This document shows positions 8,631 to 19,717 of a DNA stretch of 64,000 bases, piece after piece. A model generated the notes under the pieces. That model was not told where the DNA came from. It worked only from the letters and a program-made list of their open reading frames with translations, and searched no databases. Position 1 is the stretch's first letter. Every line of letters begins with the position of its first letter. The position numbers and the translations under genes are program-made. This DNA comes from a bacterium. GTDB lineage: Bacteria; SAR324; NAC60-12. The stretch covers positions 2,528,001-2,592,000 of the forward strand of contig OZ242383.1 of NCBI GenBank assembly GCA_965209155.1, given 5' to 3'.

Positions 8631-10635
8631 TTGCGCGCCAAGCGAAGCTTGGCGCATCTTGCGGGGTGCAAGTCCCCGTCGGGTAAGACCTAGCCAGTCA
8701 CCCGTATCGAGTGTTGCGTGTATGGCGGAGGCTCTACCGGGAAATCTTGTGGGTATCACCCAGATACTCAAAGGACATTGGGAGTCGGCTCGATCGACAA
8801 TCCACCATGAGAGGCACCGGTTATCCGAACAAGATACACGAAGCGTACACAGAGAAACTTGCAGGCCGTAGGGAGAGCCGCCTCCTGAAAGTTGATACAG
8901 CCTCGAAACAAGTAGTCGTGGTCGGCGAGGGTGTTAACGAATGCCGAAGCCAACACAAGAGCATCCGTCAATGGCGAGGATGTGAAGGGCCACCGGGGTC
9001 CACCTTAGACTATGGCATGTAAGTAAAGATGCGGACAAGAACTTGGGAAGCCCTGAAAAGAAGCCTGTTTTACAGGTCGAATGAGAATTACCTTAATGGG
9101 GAAAGCCATTTGGTTTCAGGGTGGCGGATCAGGCGTAGTACTCTGAGGTAGGGAGAGCCTACTACAGGGGGAAGGACCTGACGGAAGTACGTAACCTATC
9201 AAAGGCAACTTATGCCGGACAATGCTGGATCGGATAAACATAAGCCAACCTCACTGAGGGGTATAGCAATCACAGCGGCTTCTAATAAGCAACATCGCTT
9301 TAGAAATCTCTACGGATTACTCAATCGAGAGTTGCTCTATGAAGGCTGGAAGCGCCTCAATAAGCAGGCAGCCAGCGGAGTAGACAAAGTAACGGCGAGG
9401 GAGTATTCTCAAAATCTGTTAGACAATCTCTCTGATTTAGAGAGGCGGTTGAAAGAGAAGACGTACAAAGCGAAACTCATCAGACGTTCTTATATTCCCA
9501 AAGAAAACGGAAAGCAGAGGCCCTTGGGAATTCCCGCTCTGGAGGACAAGATCGTCCAAGCGGCTTGTCAGATGATTCTCACAGCGATCTATGAAGAGGG
9601 ATTTCTGAATAGTAGCTATGGATATCGTCCTCGACGAGGGCCAGAGGATGCGGTGAGCGACCTGACTTTTCAATTGCAATACGGGGTTTATGGGTATGTC
9701 GTGGAAGCCGATGTCAAAGGTTTCTTCGACAATATCGATCACGAATGGCTTTTGGAGATGTTACGTTTGCGCATTGATGACAAGGCTTTCCTGCAATTGA
9801 TCAGAAAATGGCTGAAAGCCGGAATTCTCATGCCGGAATGTGAGGTGATCTACCCGGAGACGGGCAGTCCGCAAGGAGGATTGGTCTCGCCCATCCTCTC
9901 GAATATCTACCTTCATTTTGTGCTGGATTTGTGGTTCGAGAAAGTGGTCAAACCTCAGTGTAGAGGGGAGGCCCTCTTGTGTCGGTTTGCCGATGATTGG
10001 GTCTGTGCATTCCGCTTCCAGGAGGATGCCGAAAGATTCTATCGGTGCTTGCCGGAGCGACTGCGCAAATTCAACCTCACCCTCGAAACCACCAAATCTG
10101 GAATTCTTCGTTTCAGTCGCTTTCATCCTAGTCGGAAGAGACGTTTCACCTTTCTGGGATTCGAGTTCTCTTGGTTCCCGGATCGGGCAGGAACGCCACG
10201 AGTTCAGCGGCGAACAGCAGGCAAGAAGCTGCAAGCGGCTGAAAAAGGGATGAAAGAATGGATCAAGAAGAACAGGCACTTAAAAGTAGGAGACTTCTTT
10301 AAAGCCCTGAATAGCAAACTCCGAGGCTATTATAATTACTATGGCGTGCGAGGGAATTTCGATTCGCTCCTGCGTTTTCACAGGCATGTGAGGGATCTCT
10401 GCTTCAAATGGCTGAATCGTCGATCTCAACGACGCAGTTATAATGGGGAAGGGTTCAAACAGATGCTCAAATATGTGAACATGGTGTTGCCGAGGATCAC
10501 GGAAAAGAAACGTCTGCATACTGTTGTTTTAGAAAGACGCTGAGCGGAAGCGAGTACAACCGAGGAGCCCCGTGAGGGAATACTTCATGCGGGGATCTGT
10601 GCGGGGGGTGCCGGGTAACTGGCATTCCTACCGCG
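8631..10635 (+). mobile_element. Group II intron (boundaries +/-1 nt)
   Basis: 5' TTGCGCG; domain V GAGGAGCCCCGTGAGGGAATACTTCATGCGGGGATCTG at about 10562; domain VI ends CCTACCGCG. Removing it restores the host reading frame. Confidence 0.9.
9212..10543 (+). CDS. ltrA: Group II intron reverse transcriptase/maturase (no endonuclease domain)
   Basis: RPLGIP, SYGYRP, ADVKGFFDNIDH, GSPQGG..SPILSNIYLH, RFADD, FLGF and the maturase segment LRGYYNYY. Confidence 0.95.
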   Translation: MPDNAGSDKHKPTSLRGIAITAASNKQHRFRNLYGLLNRELLYEGWKRLNKQAASGVDKVTAREYSQNLLDNLSDLERRLKEKTYKAKLIRRSYIPKENGKQRPLGIPALEDKIVQAACQMILTAIYEEGFLNSSYGYRPRRGPEDAVSDLTFQLQYGVYGYVVEADVKGFFDNIDHEWLLEMLRLRIDDKAFLQLIRKWLKAGILMPECEVIYPETGSPQGGLVSPILSNIYLHFVLDLWFEKVVKPQCRGEALLCRFADDWVCAFRFQEDAERFYRCLPERLRKFNLTLETTKSGILRFSRFHPSRKRRFTFLGFEFSWFPDRAGTPRVQRRTAGKKLQAAEKGMKEWIKKNRHLKVGDFFKALNSKLRGYYNYYGVRGNFDSLLRFHRHVRDLCFKWLNRRSQRRSYNGEGFKQMLKYVNMVLPRITEKKRLHTVVLERR

Positions 10636-12254
10636 TCGCGTCAAATTCATCGCCACGATAGCTGTGGATGGCGAATGCTCTCGGCCAATCGGTCGTGATC
10701 GAGAAAAAGCCGCCTGCGATTTCCGTGCGCATCGCCCCCGACTTCCCGTAGTGGGCAACCGAAATCCCTCTCGCATTCGAGGTCACGTTGGCGGAAGAGA
10801 ATAACGAGACGTCACCCGTATGCTCCCCATCCGTCTCGATCCTGACGGCGCTGTAAAGGGGATCTCCCTCTCCGGGAAAAACCAGTTGGTCGTCGTCGGG
10901 GTCGTCTCGGTCGTAGCGTACCGGCAGGCCATCGCTGAGCCGGATGGTGAAATCGCCCCTGTCCGTTTCACTGGGGTGGTACACGATGTTGCCATCCACG
11001 GCCGCATCGTAGTTCGAGGTCGAGCAGACGATCACCATCCCCGCTTCGGGTCGACCGCATTCATTCTCTGCCCGCACCTCGCCCGCGATGCTGAGCGCGA
11101 CGGACAATACGATGAAGGCGATGCCGGGTGAAATCCCGGCGTTCATGTATTTTCTGTACATCAAGTCCTCCCAACCGGGTTTTCCCGGAAAAGCGTTAAT
11201 CAGCATATCAGTTTCCTTTACTATAAGGTAAAATTGTCACGAAAAAGTGCTTTTGCGCATTTTCATCTTCCTGCGTCTTTCTTTCCAATTCACTCAAATC
11301 CGTTACTGCATAAGCGCAACCTGCTATCAGCGTCATCATATAGTTGTTGAAGGGGAAAGTCATGGATTCTCTGGATTGGCATTCAAATTGCTTGAAAAGA
11401 TAATGCAGTCAGTATCTTAAATCTTCCTGTTTCAAACCACAAACTGGTTACCAGAGGGGAAGGTATAGACAGGGGCGGCGTGGCGTGTTGCCGCGTTGCT
11501 CTCCATAAAACCGTGCCTCGGTGAGTGCAAACTTGCCGAGGCGTTTCTTTGTTCAGCATACAAATTCCAAGATCCTGTTTGAAAGTCATTCAATACGCAT
11601 TCACATCAAGCAAATCACAGCGAGATCGATCATGTTTTCAGAGTTTTTTGTTTTTCTTTCACAATCGACTTTGAGTCTTCGATACCATCCAAACCAGGAA
11701 AAGGTTCTTTGAAGACGAGAAACACTTTCTGTCCGGACTGAAAAAGGTAGAAAGGATACGGAGTGCCCATCCGGAACGAGTCTCTCTTTCAGTTTATAGG
11801 GAGGCCTCTTCGAGAGGAATTAATATTGCCGATCCCCCTCTCTCCAGGAAGGACGATTTGAATTGTTGCATTACCTCCAGGAACAAAGCATATCCAGTAA
11901 TTATCATCGCAATGGGAATCTGGGAGAACGAGAGCCTCTACATTGAACCGGGTCGATCACCAGGAAAGGGAGCTGGCTTGGAAGTTTGGAATTTGAAGCA
12001 AAGCTTTGAGTCTGAAGGATTTCCAGGCAATCTTGGCGTTACCGGGATGGATTCGTTTCCTCGATGGATGAACCCTGTTAATCAGCGGTTATCAATCAAC
12101 CCATTTAAAAAATCACTTTTTCCATTCTCTCAAGCCAGACCCCGAAATTCTTCAGATAGCAGAAAAATCTTTTCAAATTCTGATTTTTCTTATATTTTTG
12201 ACTCACTGGAATTCTGATTTTCAGCCCGAACTATATTTTAATTCCGTCAGTCTG

Positions 12255-12470
12255 ATGGCAAAAAAAATAAGAGATATTCTAGAATTATTAAAAGATGATG
12301 GATGGAAAGAAATTAAAGGAAGAAGAACAAGCCACATGCAATTTAAGCATCATACGAAGAAAGGGAAAGTAACTTTACCATTTCATGGAAAAAGTAAAAA
12401 TATTTCAGAAGGAACATATATAAGTATTCTAAAACAAGCATCAATAACAAGGAAACGTTGTGAAAAATAA
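12255..12470 (+). CDS. hicA: HicA family toxin
   Basis: LLKDDGWKE..GRRTSHMQFKH..KKGKVTLPFHG...TYISILKQA. Confidence 0.85.
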   Translation: MAKKIRDILELLKDDGWKEIKGRRTSHMQFKHHTKKGKVTLPFHGKSKNISEGTYISILKQASITRKRCEK

Positions 12471-12747
12471 AAATAAAATAAGAATTTTTATTGACAAAGT
12501 TGACAATAATTTTTCAGCATATTCTCCTGACGTTCTTGGATGTATCAGTGTGGGAGTAACGAAACAAGAAACACTTAACAACATGAAAGAAGCTTTGCAA
12601 CTTCATATCAGTGGCAGTTTGCTTGATGGAATGCCTTTAAATGAAATTGTCAAATGGGATGAAAATTTTGAACGTGAAATTAAATCTAAAAAAAGAGATC
12701 ACCCCAATTATACATTCATTCCCTCTATAAAATTAGTACCCGTTTAG
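12460..12747 (+). CDS. hicB: HicB family antitoxin
   Basis: FSAYSPDVLGCISVGVTKQETLNNMKEALQLHI; overlaps hicA. Confidence 0.85.
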   Translation: MKNKNKIRIFIDKVDNNFSAYSPDVLGCISVGVTKQETLNNMKEALQLHISGSLLDGMPLNEIVKWDENFEREIKSKKRDHPNYTFIPSIKLVPV

Positions 12748-13231
12748 ATTTTTATCTTATCCAGCCCATGTTACGGGTACGGAACATTCAGAAGATCGAT
12801 TTTATTCCCGAAGCTCTTCAGATCCACGAGAAGGCGCAGAAGCACAAAGGCACAAAATTTTTTTATTTTGGCTCTCCTTTTTTCTGATGCGGTTCCCGGG
12901 CATTCGTTCAATCTCCCGTGTCTTTTTCACTTGGTTTTTCAAAGTCATGATTGGAAACAAATCCTGGATGGGACTCCATCTCCATTCGCAAAACCTCTCC
13001 ACTCATCGAATCAAGCAATAACTCCCTCTCAAAATAACCATACCGCAGTTACCTTAGTGATCAGTTGTCAGTGATCAGTGATCAGTTCCCTCACCCCACT
13101 CCCCTCTTCCTTTATGCCTTGGCGCTTTGGCGCCAGTTATCAGTTATCAGTTCCTTCACAAGTCTCCTTCAGTGCCTCTGCGCCTTCCCGGAAAAATGTC
13201 ATTCCTGGCCCAGACCTGGAATCCAGGGTTC

Positions 13232-13516
13232 CTAAAAGGATTCATATAAATCTTTCCATTGAGGATTGTTTTTCTCAATGAGTTCGATTTTCCAAGCTCG
13301 TTTCCATTTCTTAAGTTGTTTTTCTCTTTGAAGCGCAGAAGTGATCTCTGAAGTGGTCTCATAGTATACCAATCGATGCACTTGGTACTTGTTGGTAAAT
13401 CCTTCTGTAAAATTGTTTTTGTGTTCATAAACTCTTTTATTGAGATCATGGGTCACTCCAATATAGAGAGTGCCATTTCTTTTATTGGCTAAGATATAAA
13501 CTTAGTAGGATTTCAT
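13232..13516 (-). pseudogene. GIY-YIG nuclease (UPF0213-like) with a nonsense codon at position 5
   Basis: MKSY*VYILANKRNGTLYIGVTHDLNKRVYEHK...FTNKY...LVYYE...REKQLKKWKRAWK. The TAA is at 13502-13504. Confidence 0.85.
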
Positions 13517-13519
13517 GAT

Positions 13520-13915
13520 AACGACTCCTGGATTCCTGGTCTGGGCCAGGAATGACATAACGAGGGCGACTCCGCGAATCAACGCAAGGACAACAGCGCG
13601 AATCGACGGAGGGAAGCGATACGGACACTGGATTCCTGGTCTGGGCCAGGAATGACACGGCGAGGATCTCAGCCAGGAAGGACAAGACGAGGGCAACTCC
13701 CGCAAGGACAACAGCGCGAATCGACGGAGGGACTACACTGACAATATCCGCAAAGGAAGCGTAAACAACCCTGGATTCCTGGTCTGGGCCAGGAATGACA
13801 CGGCGAGGGTCTACGCCTGGAAGGACAACAGCGCGAATCGACGGAAGGAGCGCGCTGCGAATATCCAGTCCCAATGCGTACCGTTCCAAAGAAGAATGGA
13901 ATCCTTGACCCCCTT
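13520..13915. repeat. Cluster of CTGGATTCCTGGTCTGGGCCAGGAATGACA palindromes
   Basis: Three direct copies at about 13528, 13628 and 13771, with GGACAACAGCGCGAATCGACGG spacers. Confidence 0.85.
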
Positions 13916-14146
13916 TTAAACTCCGCCTGGAAAGTATTTGATGAATGCGGATGCAGCAATCAAGCCCAAGAGAATCGTCCCGATGATCCACCGGTTGTTC
14001 GCAATATTATGATGAATCAGCTTCTCGAGGTTGTCGATTCTGACATTGACTGTATCAAACTTCGCATTCACTACTTTTTCAAAAGATTCCAAGTCCCGTT
14101 TGGTGGCAAAGGCTTCTAAATCTTTTTTTGTAATGGTTGTTTCCAT
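13916..14146 (-). CDS. Small coiled-coil protein with C-terminal TM helix (DUF1640/Bdr-like)
   Basis: TKKDL/ATKRDL repeats, a hydrophobic tail RWIIGTILLGLIAASAFIKYF, and a GGAGG RBS. Confidence 0.7.
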   Translation of the reverse strand: METTITKKDLEAFATKRDLESFEKVVNAKFDTVNVRIDNLEKLIHHNIANNRWIIGTILLGLIAASAFIKYFPGGV

Positions 14147-14666
14147 GGTCCTCCTCGCCTATAAATGCCGCTATGCTTTTCATTTTACCTCTTTTTCTAC
14201 AATTTATCCCATTTTTTGACTCAACAACAGGCCAGATTGAATAAATAGGATGCAGGAACAGAAGACGGGGTGATCGAATGACTGGAGGTATGATGGTTAT
14301 TCATATATGCGAGATCGAATCCTGTTTCAGTTTCCTTATTATTGGAAATTCTGATAGATCTTCAATTCTGTTTCAAACCTATCTCCTGTACTAAATTCAA
14401 TAGACAAGCTGGCAAATTGTGTACAAAATGCATTAAATATGTACAATTTTGTAAATCCAACTGCCAACCACTTTTTTTATTTTCTATCATGGGAGATAGA
14501 GAAGTTATTTTGAGTATACCTAAAGAGTATACTGTATTTTTTCACTCTCTTTTTCACAATTGCTGCAGTTACCATTTCCATTGTTTCAGTTTATCAATAT
14601 GGTTTTTTACTGAAACTATTTATTGAGGGAATTTGGTCTGCGTTGTTAATTACGTATTTTTAAATT

Positions 14667-15228
14667 AATCTCATTAAACCACCAGCTCTGCTGGTGCGAA
14701 CCTAATAGGCTTTGCCGGTCAGACATGAGAAACGTATCCGTGTCCGTTAGCCGTGCTCGTGCTCGTGAACGGTCAGTGAATTCGACGGCACATTTTGGTT
14801 AACATAGAAACAATGCGATGAAGTAACTGTTTCCCTTCGTCAAATAAAGGAGGCTGGATGATCTTCAACACGTTTAAAACATCGAGAATAGCAGCGCATT
14901 CCATTGCGGAACCTCGGGCCAATGCATAGAATCGTTGCTTGTCAGGAAAGGAATTTTTTCCACAGCCTTCTGCGATATTGAGAGGAATCGACCATGAGGC
15001 CCTTTTCAGTTGGTCAACTAAGGCTGAGTATCCTTTTGGCAATGTTTCGATGACTTGGACAGATAAGGCTAAAAATTCGATGGAACATTGGTATACATCG
15101 AGTTTTTCATGATCTAACATGGCAGCCTTTTTCGTTCACGAGCACGAGCACGTCTTACGATGACGAACACGTTTTGCCTCCATACTGTGGGCCTCTTCAA
15201 GCCACCGGCTCTGCCGGTGGTGAAGACT
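14667..15228. mobile_element. 562-bp IS200-like four-helix-bundle element (copy 2)
   Basis: Same ends and length as copy 1. Confidence 0.8.
14773..15120 (-). CDS. Four helix bundle protein
   Basis: Near-identical to 1648-1995. Confidence 0.9.
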   Translation of the reverse strand: MLDHEKLDVYQCSIEFLALSVQVIETLPKGYSALVDQLKRASWSIPLNIAEGCGKNSFPDKQRFYALARGSAMECAAILDVLNVLKIIQPPLFDEGKQLLHRIVSMLTKMCRRIH

Positions 15229-15369
15229 GATGCTGGAAGCAGATCGAAATTATTTACAAAAACTTTACACTCCCTTGACCCTCAAAAAACATTGGATTGT
15301 TTATACTGGCCTCAGTGGATGTCGAAGGTCGACGTCCGGTTTATCAATCCTGTTTGAAATGAGGAAACT

Positions 15370-15810
15370 ATGAAAAAAATGATTGTTGGAAGTTTGATTG
15401 GTGTCAGTTTGTTGGTAGGAGCCGTGGTGGCTGCGCATTCCATCGAAGGCTACCTGGACCGGTTGCAAGAGCGACTGGAACTCAGTGATGAGCAGGTGGA
15501 CAGTTTGCGCAAGATATTTGAAGAATCTGAAATGAAAGAAGAAGCGTTGCAAAAGGAGTTACGCGCGCTGCGTCAAGAGACCCGCGATCAATTCGAAGCG
15601 GTGCTCAGTGAAGAGCAAATGGAGCAGTTGAAAGAAATGCGCAATGATCGTTGGAAAGGGAAAGGAAGACACCATCGAGGTGGCAAACGCGGTCATCACT
15701 GGGGCTTTTCCAAGGACGAAGATCAAAGTTCCATGTCAGAGTTCTTTGAACACCGGGCTTTTTCGCGATTTTTTGACACGGATTCCAATTCTTCGCAGAC
15801 GGATATCTGA
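15370..15810 (+). CDS. Periplasmic Spy/CpxP-like helical protein
   Basis: Signal peptide plus LELSDEQ and VLSEEQ (LTxxQ-like) motifs. Confidence 0.65.
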   Translation: MKKMIVGSLIGVSLLVGAVVAAHSIEGYLDRLQERLELSDEQVDSLRKIFEESEMKEEALQKELRALRQETRDQFEAVLSEEQMEQLKEMRNDRWKGKGRHHRGGKRGHHWGFSKDEDQSSMSEFFEHRAFSRFFDTDSNSSQTDI

Positions 15811-15967
15811 TCATTCTTTGTCAAGAAGTAACACACCTCTCCGCGTGGCGGGCCTGGGTTTTCATGGCTCTCTCCAATAACCCTCCGCGTGGAGCTTTTA
15901 AAAAGCGGAGAATATCGTCAACCTGGCAGCATCCTCGGTCTTTTGATGGCGATCGTCCAGTCGCACC

Positions 15968-18781
15968 CTAGAACTGCATTCCGAGGTGGAGGCTGGCGGA
16001 ATAGCCTCTGTCATTCGAACCCAATCCGGAGGCGGAAACTTCTCCGCCCAGCGACCAACGTTTCCAGCGGTAAACTGCGCCCAGGTCCAGCATTCCCCGG
16101 GTCCAGGGAGCTTTCGAGACGAGACGCTCCCTCGAGACGTCCGCCACCGTCTCCGTATCCCCAAGCACCTGTTCCACGCCTAGCCGGCCGTGCAGGATAA
16201 GTTGCGGTTTGCTGCCGTCCAAAGAATGCGCGTATTCCGTGACGATGCCGAGACCCACGATGGACCGCGCCGATTTGAGGAGTGAGACCCGCGACCCGAC
16301 CACGTCCCGGAAGCCGTCCATCGAAACGTCCGAGTAAGTTGACCACGCCCGGGGCGTCAAAGACAGGTTGTCCACGAACGAGAAACGCCGGCCCGCCTCG
16401 ACTCCGAAGGAACGGACCATCGCGTCTGCACCCTCTACCAGGATACCCCGGCCGTCTGCACTCAAATCAGTCTCGTAGCGGGTCATCGAAATGAGCCCGT
16501 TCGTATAGTAGCCGTTGGCATTTTGCCAGGAGAGTCCGAAAGAGGCGCCGTAACCCGTGGCCTCGATCTTTCCGCCTCTCGTCGGTGCGGAGACGTCTGC
16601 CGAGCCCCGTGTATGACGAAGCGAGGCCCAACCGCTCACGTTCTCTTCCCGGGAAACAGCAAACTCCACACCCGCCTCGGCCTCGAAGCGTCCGAAAGCG
16701 TAAGCCGCGCCGACAAGTGAGTGATCCGGAGTATAGGAACCCTGACCGCCCGAAATCCTGAACCACGTGGGCGAGTTATGCCCGTGCAAGCGATTCCCGA
16801 CTACCTCCCGGTTGTCCAGCCGCAGCATGAAACCGGGCAGCGCCTCGTAGACCGCCGCCCGTGGCCTGTATGAGGAGGTCAGGAAATCCGCCGGCAGGAA
16901 TGCTCGTCCCGCGACGGTCTCCGAAGCCGTGAGAGATACGTCGCGCGCGCCGTTCGGCGCCCATGCGCCCGTCGCACCCGTCGTGCCGTCGTGCAGGAGC
17001 ACCCCGTTGACTACGACCGTGGTCCGGCCGTCGTCGTTCCTGATTTCACCCATGATCGCATCGCTCGCCCTGCGGCCGTCCAACTGCGCTTCGACGTGTA
17101 ACGCAGCTCCTTCTGCCTCAGCTCGTATGGCGACGCCCGAGTCCGCGCCGACGCTACCCTGGGGGCCAATCTCAACCCGACCGCCGCCGTAAAGGCGGAC
17201 TCCTGCCCCCACACCCGTGCCACCCCACACGCGTCCATTCACAAAGACATCCTGAGCGGCTGCATCCCGGCGCGTGTTGTCGCCCGGGTTCACTACGACG
17301 TCCCGCAGGGCCGGGGCCTGGACCGGCTCCGTCCTGTCCTCGAATAACCGACCGGTGAGGCCAACCAGGATGCCGGAACTGTCCTCGCCCTTCGCGATGA
17401 TTGTTCCGCCGTCGACACGAATGCCAATGCGGCCATCACCCGTGAAGTTGAACGCCCGGATGCCCGCAACGGTTTCTCCCGTGGCCAGGACCGTCGAATC
17501 GCGAACGTCAATGCGGATGTCGCCGGTGCCGTCGAAGCGTTGGCCTCCGCCAATGCCCACGGAACGGTTGCCTTCGACCTCGATGTCAACGTTACGCGCA
17601 GCGATGTCGATGTCGCCTTTACTGTCATGGATGAAGGACATTCCGCCGGAATCCGCTCCTTTCACCACGATACCAGAGTCTCGCACGTCGACGTGAATGT
17701 CGCCTTCTTCTGCCCAGTATCCCGCCCAAATGCCATCAAGATACCTCCCACCCTTCTCGTTGCTGTCCATGTGGTAGATGCCGTGGATGTTGGAGACATC
17801 GATCTCGACGTCTCGCACGTCAAAGGAGAGGTCACCCCCTTCCCCATCTGTATAGAGAAAGGAAATACCACCTGAGAGCGGGGCTTGGGTCTTGACGTCG
17901 ATGTTGCTGTTCCGCACGGCGATGCGGGTATTGCCTCTGCCAAGATGATAGCCAAAGATTCCGTCAATCGTACGGGCGCCGCTGACAGCTATGTTGACGT
18001 TTTGGACGTCGACGTCGACGTCTCCGGTGCTATCATGGCTAGCGAATATGCCAGTGGCCCAACGGGAATCGAGCTCGATCTCGGAGTCCTGCACAGAGAC
18101 CTTCAGGTCTCCCTTGACGAGTTGGGCTCCCAGGATGGCGGCCCATCCCCCTTCCAAATCGACGTCAACGTCACGGACGATGAGATCGTGGTCGCCGCTG
18201 AACTCGTCGTTTGCGTCATATTCGTTGCCTCGATAGCTGTGGATGGCGAAAGCTCTCAGCCAATCGCTCGTGATCAAGAAAGTGCCGCCCGCGATTTCCG
18301 TGCGCATCGCCCCCGACTTCCCGTAGTGGGCAACCGAAATCCCTCTCGCATTCGAGGTCACGTCGGCGGCAGAGAATAACGAGACGTCACCCGTATGCTC
18401 CCCATCCGTCTCGATCCTGACGGCGCTGTAAAGGGGATCTCCCTCTCCGGGAAAAACCAGTTGGTCGTCGTCGGGGTCGTCTCGGTCGTAGCGTACCGGC
18501 AGGCCATCGCTGAGATGGATGGTGAAATCGCCCCCGTGCGCCTTGCCAGGGTAGTACACGATGTTGCCATCCACAGCCGCATCGTAGTTCGAGGGTGAGC
18601 AGACAACCGGCGTCCCTGCTTCGGGTGGACCGCATTCGTTTTCTGCCCGCACCTCGCCCGCGATGCCGAGCGCGACGGACAATACGATGAAGGCGATGCC
18701 GGGTAAAATCCCGGCGTTCAAGTATTTTCTGTACATCAAATCCTCCCAACCGGGTTTCCCCGGAAAAGCGTTAATCAGCAT
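15968..18781 (-). CDS. Autotransporter outer membrane beta-barrel protein (intact paralog)
   Basis: Signal peptide, V/I/D/G-rich beta-helix passenger and a barrel ending in F. Confidence 0.85.
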   Translation of the reverse strand: MLINAFPGKPGWEDLMYRKYLNAGILPGIAFIVLSVALGIAGEVRAENECGPPEAGTPVVCSPSNYDAAVDGNIVYYPGKAHGGDFTIHLSDGLPVRYDRDDPDDDQLVFPGEGDPLYSAVRIETDGEHTGDVSLFSAADVTSNARGISVAHYGKSGAMRTEIAGGTFLITSDWLRAFAIHSYRGNEYDANDEFSGDHDLIVRDVDVDLEGGWAAILGAQLVKGDLKVSVQDSEIELDSRWATGIFASHDSTGDVDVDVQNVNIAVSGARTIDGIFGYHLGRGNTRIAVRNSNIDVKTQAPLSGGISFLYTDGEGGDLSFDVRDVEIDVSNIHGIYHMDSNEKGGRYLDGIWAGYWAEEGDIHVDVRDSGIVVKGADSGGMSFIHDSKGDIDIAARNVDIEVEGNRSVGIGGGQRFDGTGDIRIDVRDSTVLATGETVAGIRAFNFTGDGRIGIRVDGGTIIAKGEDSSGILVGLTGRLFEDRTEPVQAPALRDVVVNPGDNTRRDAAAQDVFVNGRVWGGTGVGAGVRLYGGGRVEIGPQGSVGADSGVAIRAEAEGAALHVEAQLDGRRASDAIMGEIRNDDGRTTVVVNGVLLHDGTTGATGAWAPNGARDVSLTASETVAGRAFLPADFLTSSYRPRAAVYEALPGFMLRLDNREVVGNRLHGHNSPTWFRISGGQGSYTPDHSLVGAAYAFGRFEAEAGVEFAVSREENVSGWASLRHTRGSADVSAPTRGGKIEATGYGASFGLSWQNANGYYTNGLISMTRYETDLSADGRGILVEGADAMVRSFGVEAGRRFSFVDNLSLTPRAWSTYSDVSMDGFRDVVGSRVSLLKSARSIVGLGIVTEYAHSLDGSKPQLILHGRLGVEQVLGDTETVADVSRERLVSKAPWTRGMLDLGAVYRWKRWSLGGEVSASGLGSNDRGYSASLHLGMQF

Positions 18782-19009
18782 ATCCGTTTCCTTGGTGATT
18801 TCATCTCTTCAAAGCGCTCGAGACCAAAGCGATCTCTTGTGGAGCTTCGTAATGTGGATCAAATTCCAGATAATACCTTTGTCTTCAGCATTGATAATTC
18901 CTTACTATAAAGGTACAATCATCACGAAAAAGCGCTCATACGCATTTTCATCTTCCTGCAACATTCTTTCCAATTCACTCAAATCCGTTGCTGCATAAGC
19001 GCTGCCTGC

Positions 19010-19443
19010 TTGGTTAACATAGAAACAATGCGATGAAGTAACTGTTTCCCTTCGTCAAATAAAGGAGGCTGGATGATCTTCAACACGTTTAAAACATCGA
19101 GAATAGCAGCGCATTCCATTGCGGAACCTCGGGCAAATGCATAGAATCGTTGCTTGTCAGGAAAGGAATTATTTCCACAGCCTTCTGCGATATTGAGAGG
19201 AATCGACCATGAGGCCCTTTTCAGTTGGTCAACTAAGGCTGAGTATCCTTCTGGCAATGTTTCGATGACTTGGACAGATAACGCTAAAAATTCGATGGAA
19301 CATTGGTATACATCGAGTTTTTCATGATCTAACATGGCAGCCTTTTTCGTTCACGAGCACGAGCACGTCTTACGATGACGAACACGTTTTGCCCTCATAC
19401 TGGGGGCCTCTTCAAGCCACCGGCTCTGCCGGTGGTGATGACT
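19010..19443. mobile_element. Left-truncated copy 3 of the four-helix-bundle element (ORF 18979-19335 has a chimeric C-terminus)
   Basis: Element identity begins at TTGGTTAACAT (19010). The right end is intact. Confidence 0.8.
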
Positions 19444-19717
19444 TTTTTTAATCCAGCATTATTTTTCATTTGGGGGTTGACATTACGCAAAAAAATGTAT
19501 ATTGCTAGAATCATGCCTTTATTTAGTTGTTTTAGTGAAAGAGAGGGTTCCCGATCGATGGAACCATATCGTGGGAGGACTTGAAAACGATCGGTCCTCT
19601 CCGGGAATCTTTTTTAAAGATATTTAACTGAACGGGTTTTTCAGAGACCTGAATAGTAACGAAAATTGTTTGCAATTCTTACCAATGAATTTAGTCTGAT
19701 TTGCAAAGTAGGAGCGC

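Larger units (their letters stand above)
6019..11206 (-). pseudogene. Autotransporter (beta-helix passenger + C-terminal beta-barrel) interrupted by an antisense group II intron
   Basis: Joining 11206-10636 to 8630-6019 gives 3183 nt, in frame and colinear with the intact paralog at 15968-18781. It ends ASLHLGMQF. Confidence 0.85.

Noticed and set aside
9212..10543. Diversity-generating retroelement (RT plus Avd-like genes plus surface proteins)
   Set aside because: The RT has a maturase domain and sits in a complete group II intron. I found no TR/VR pair differing only at adenines; the slam fragments differ at all base types.
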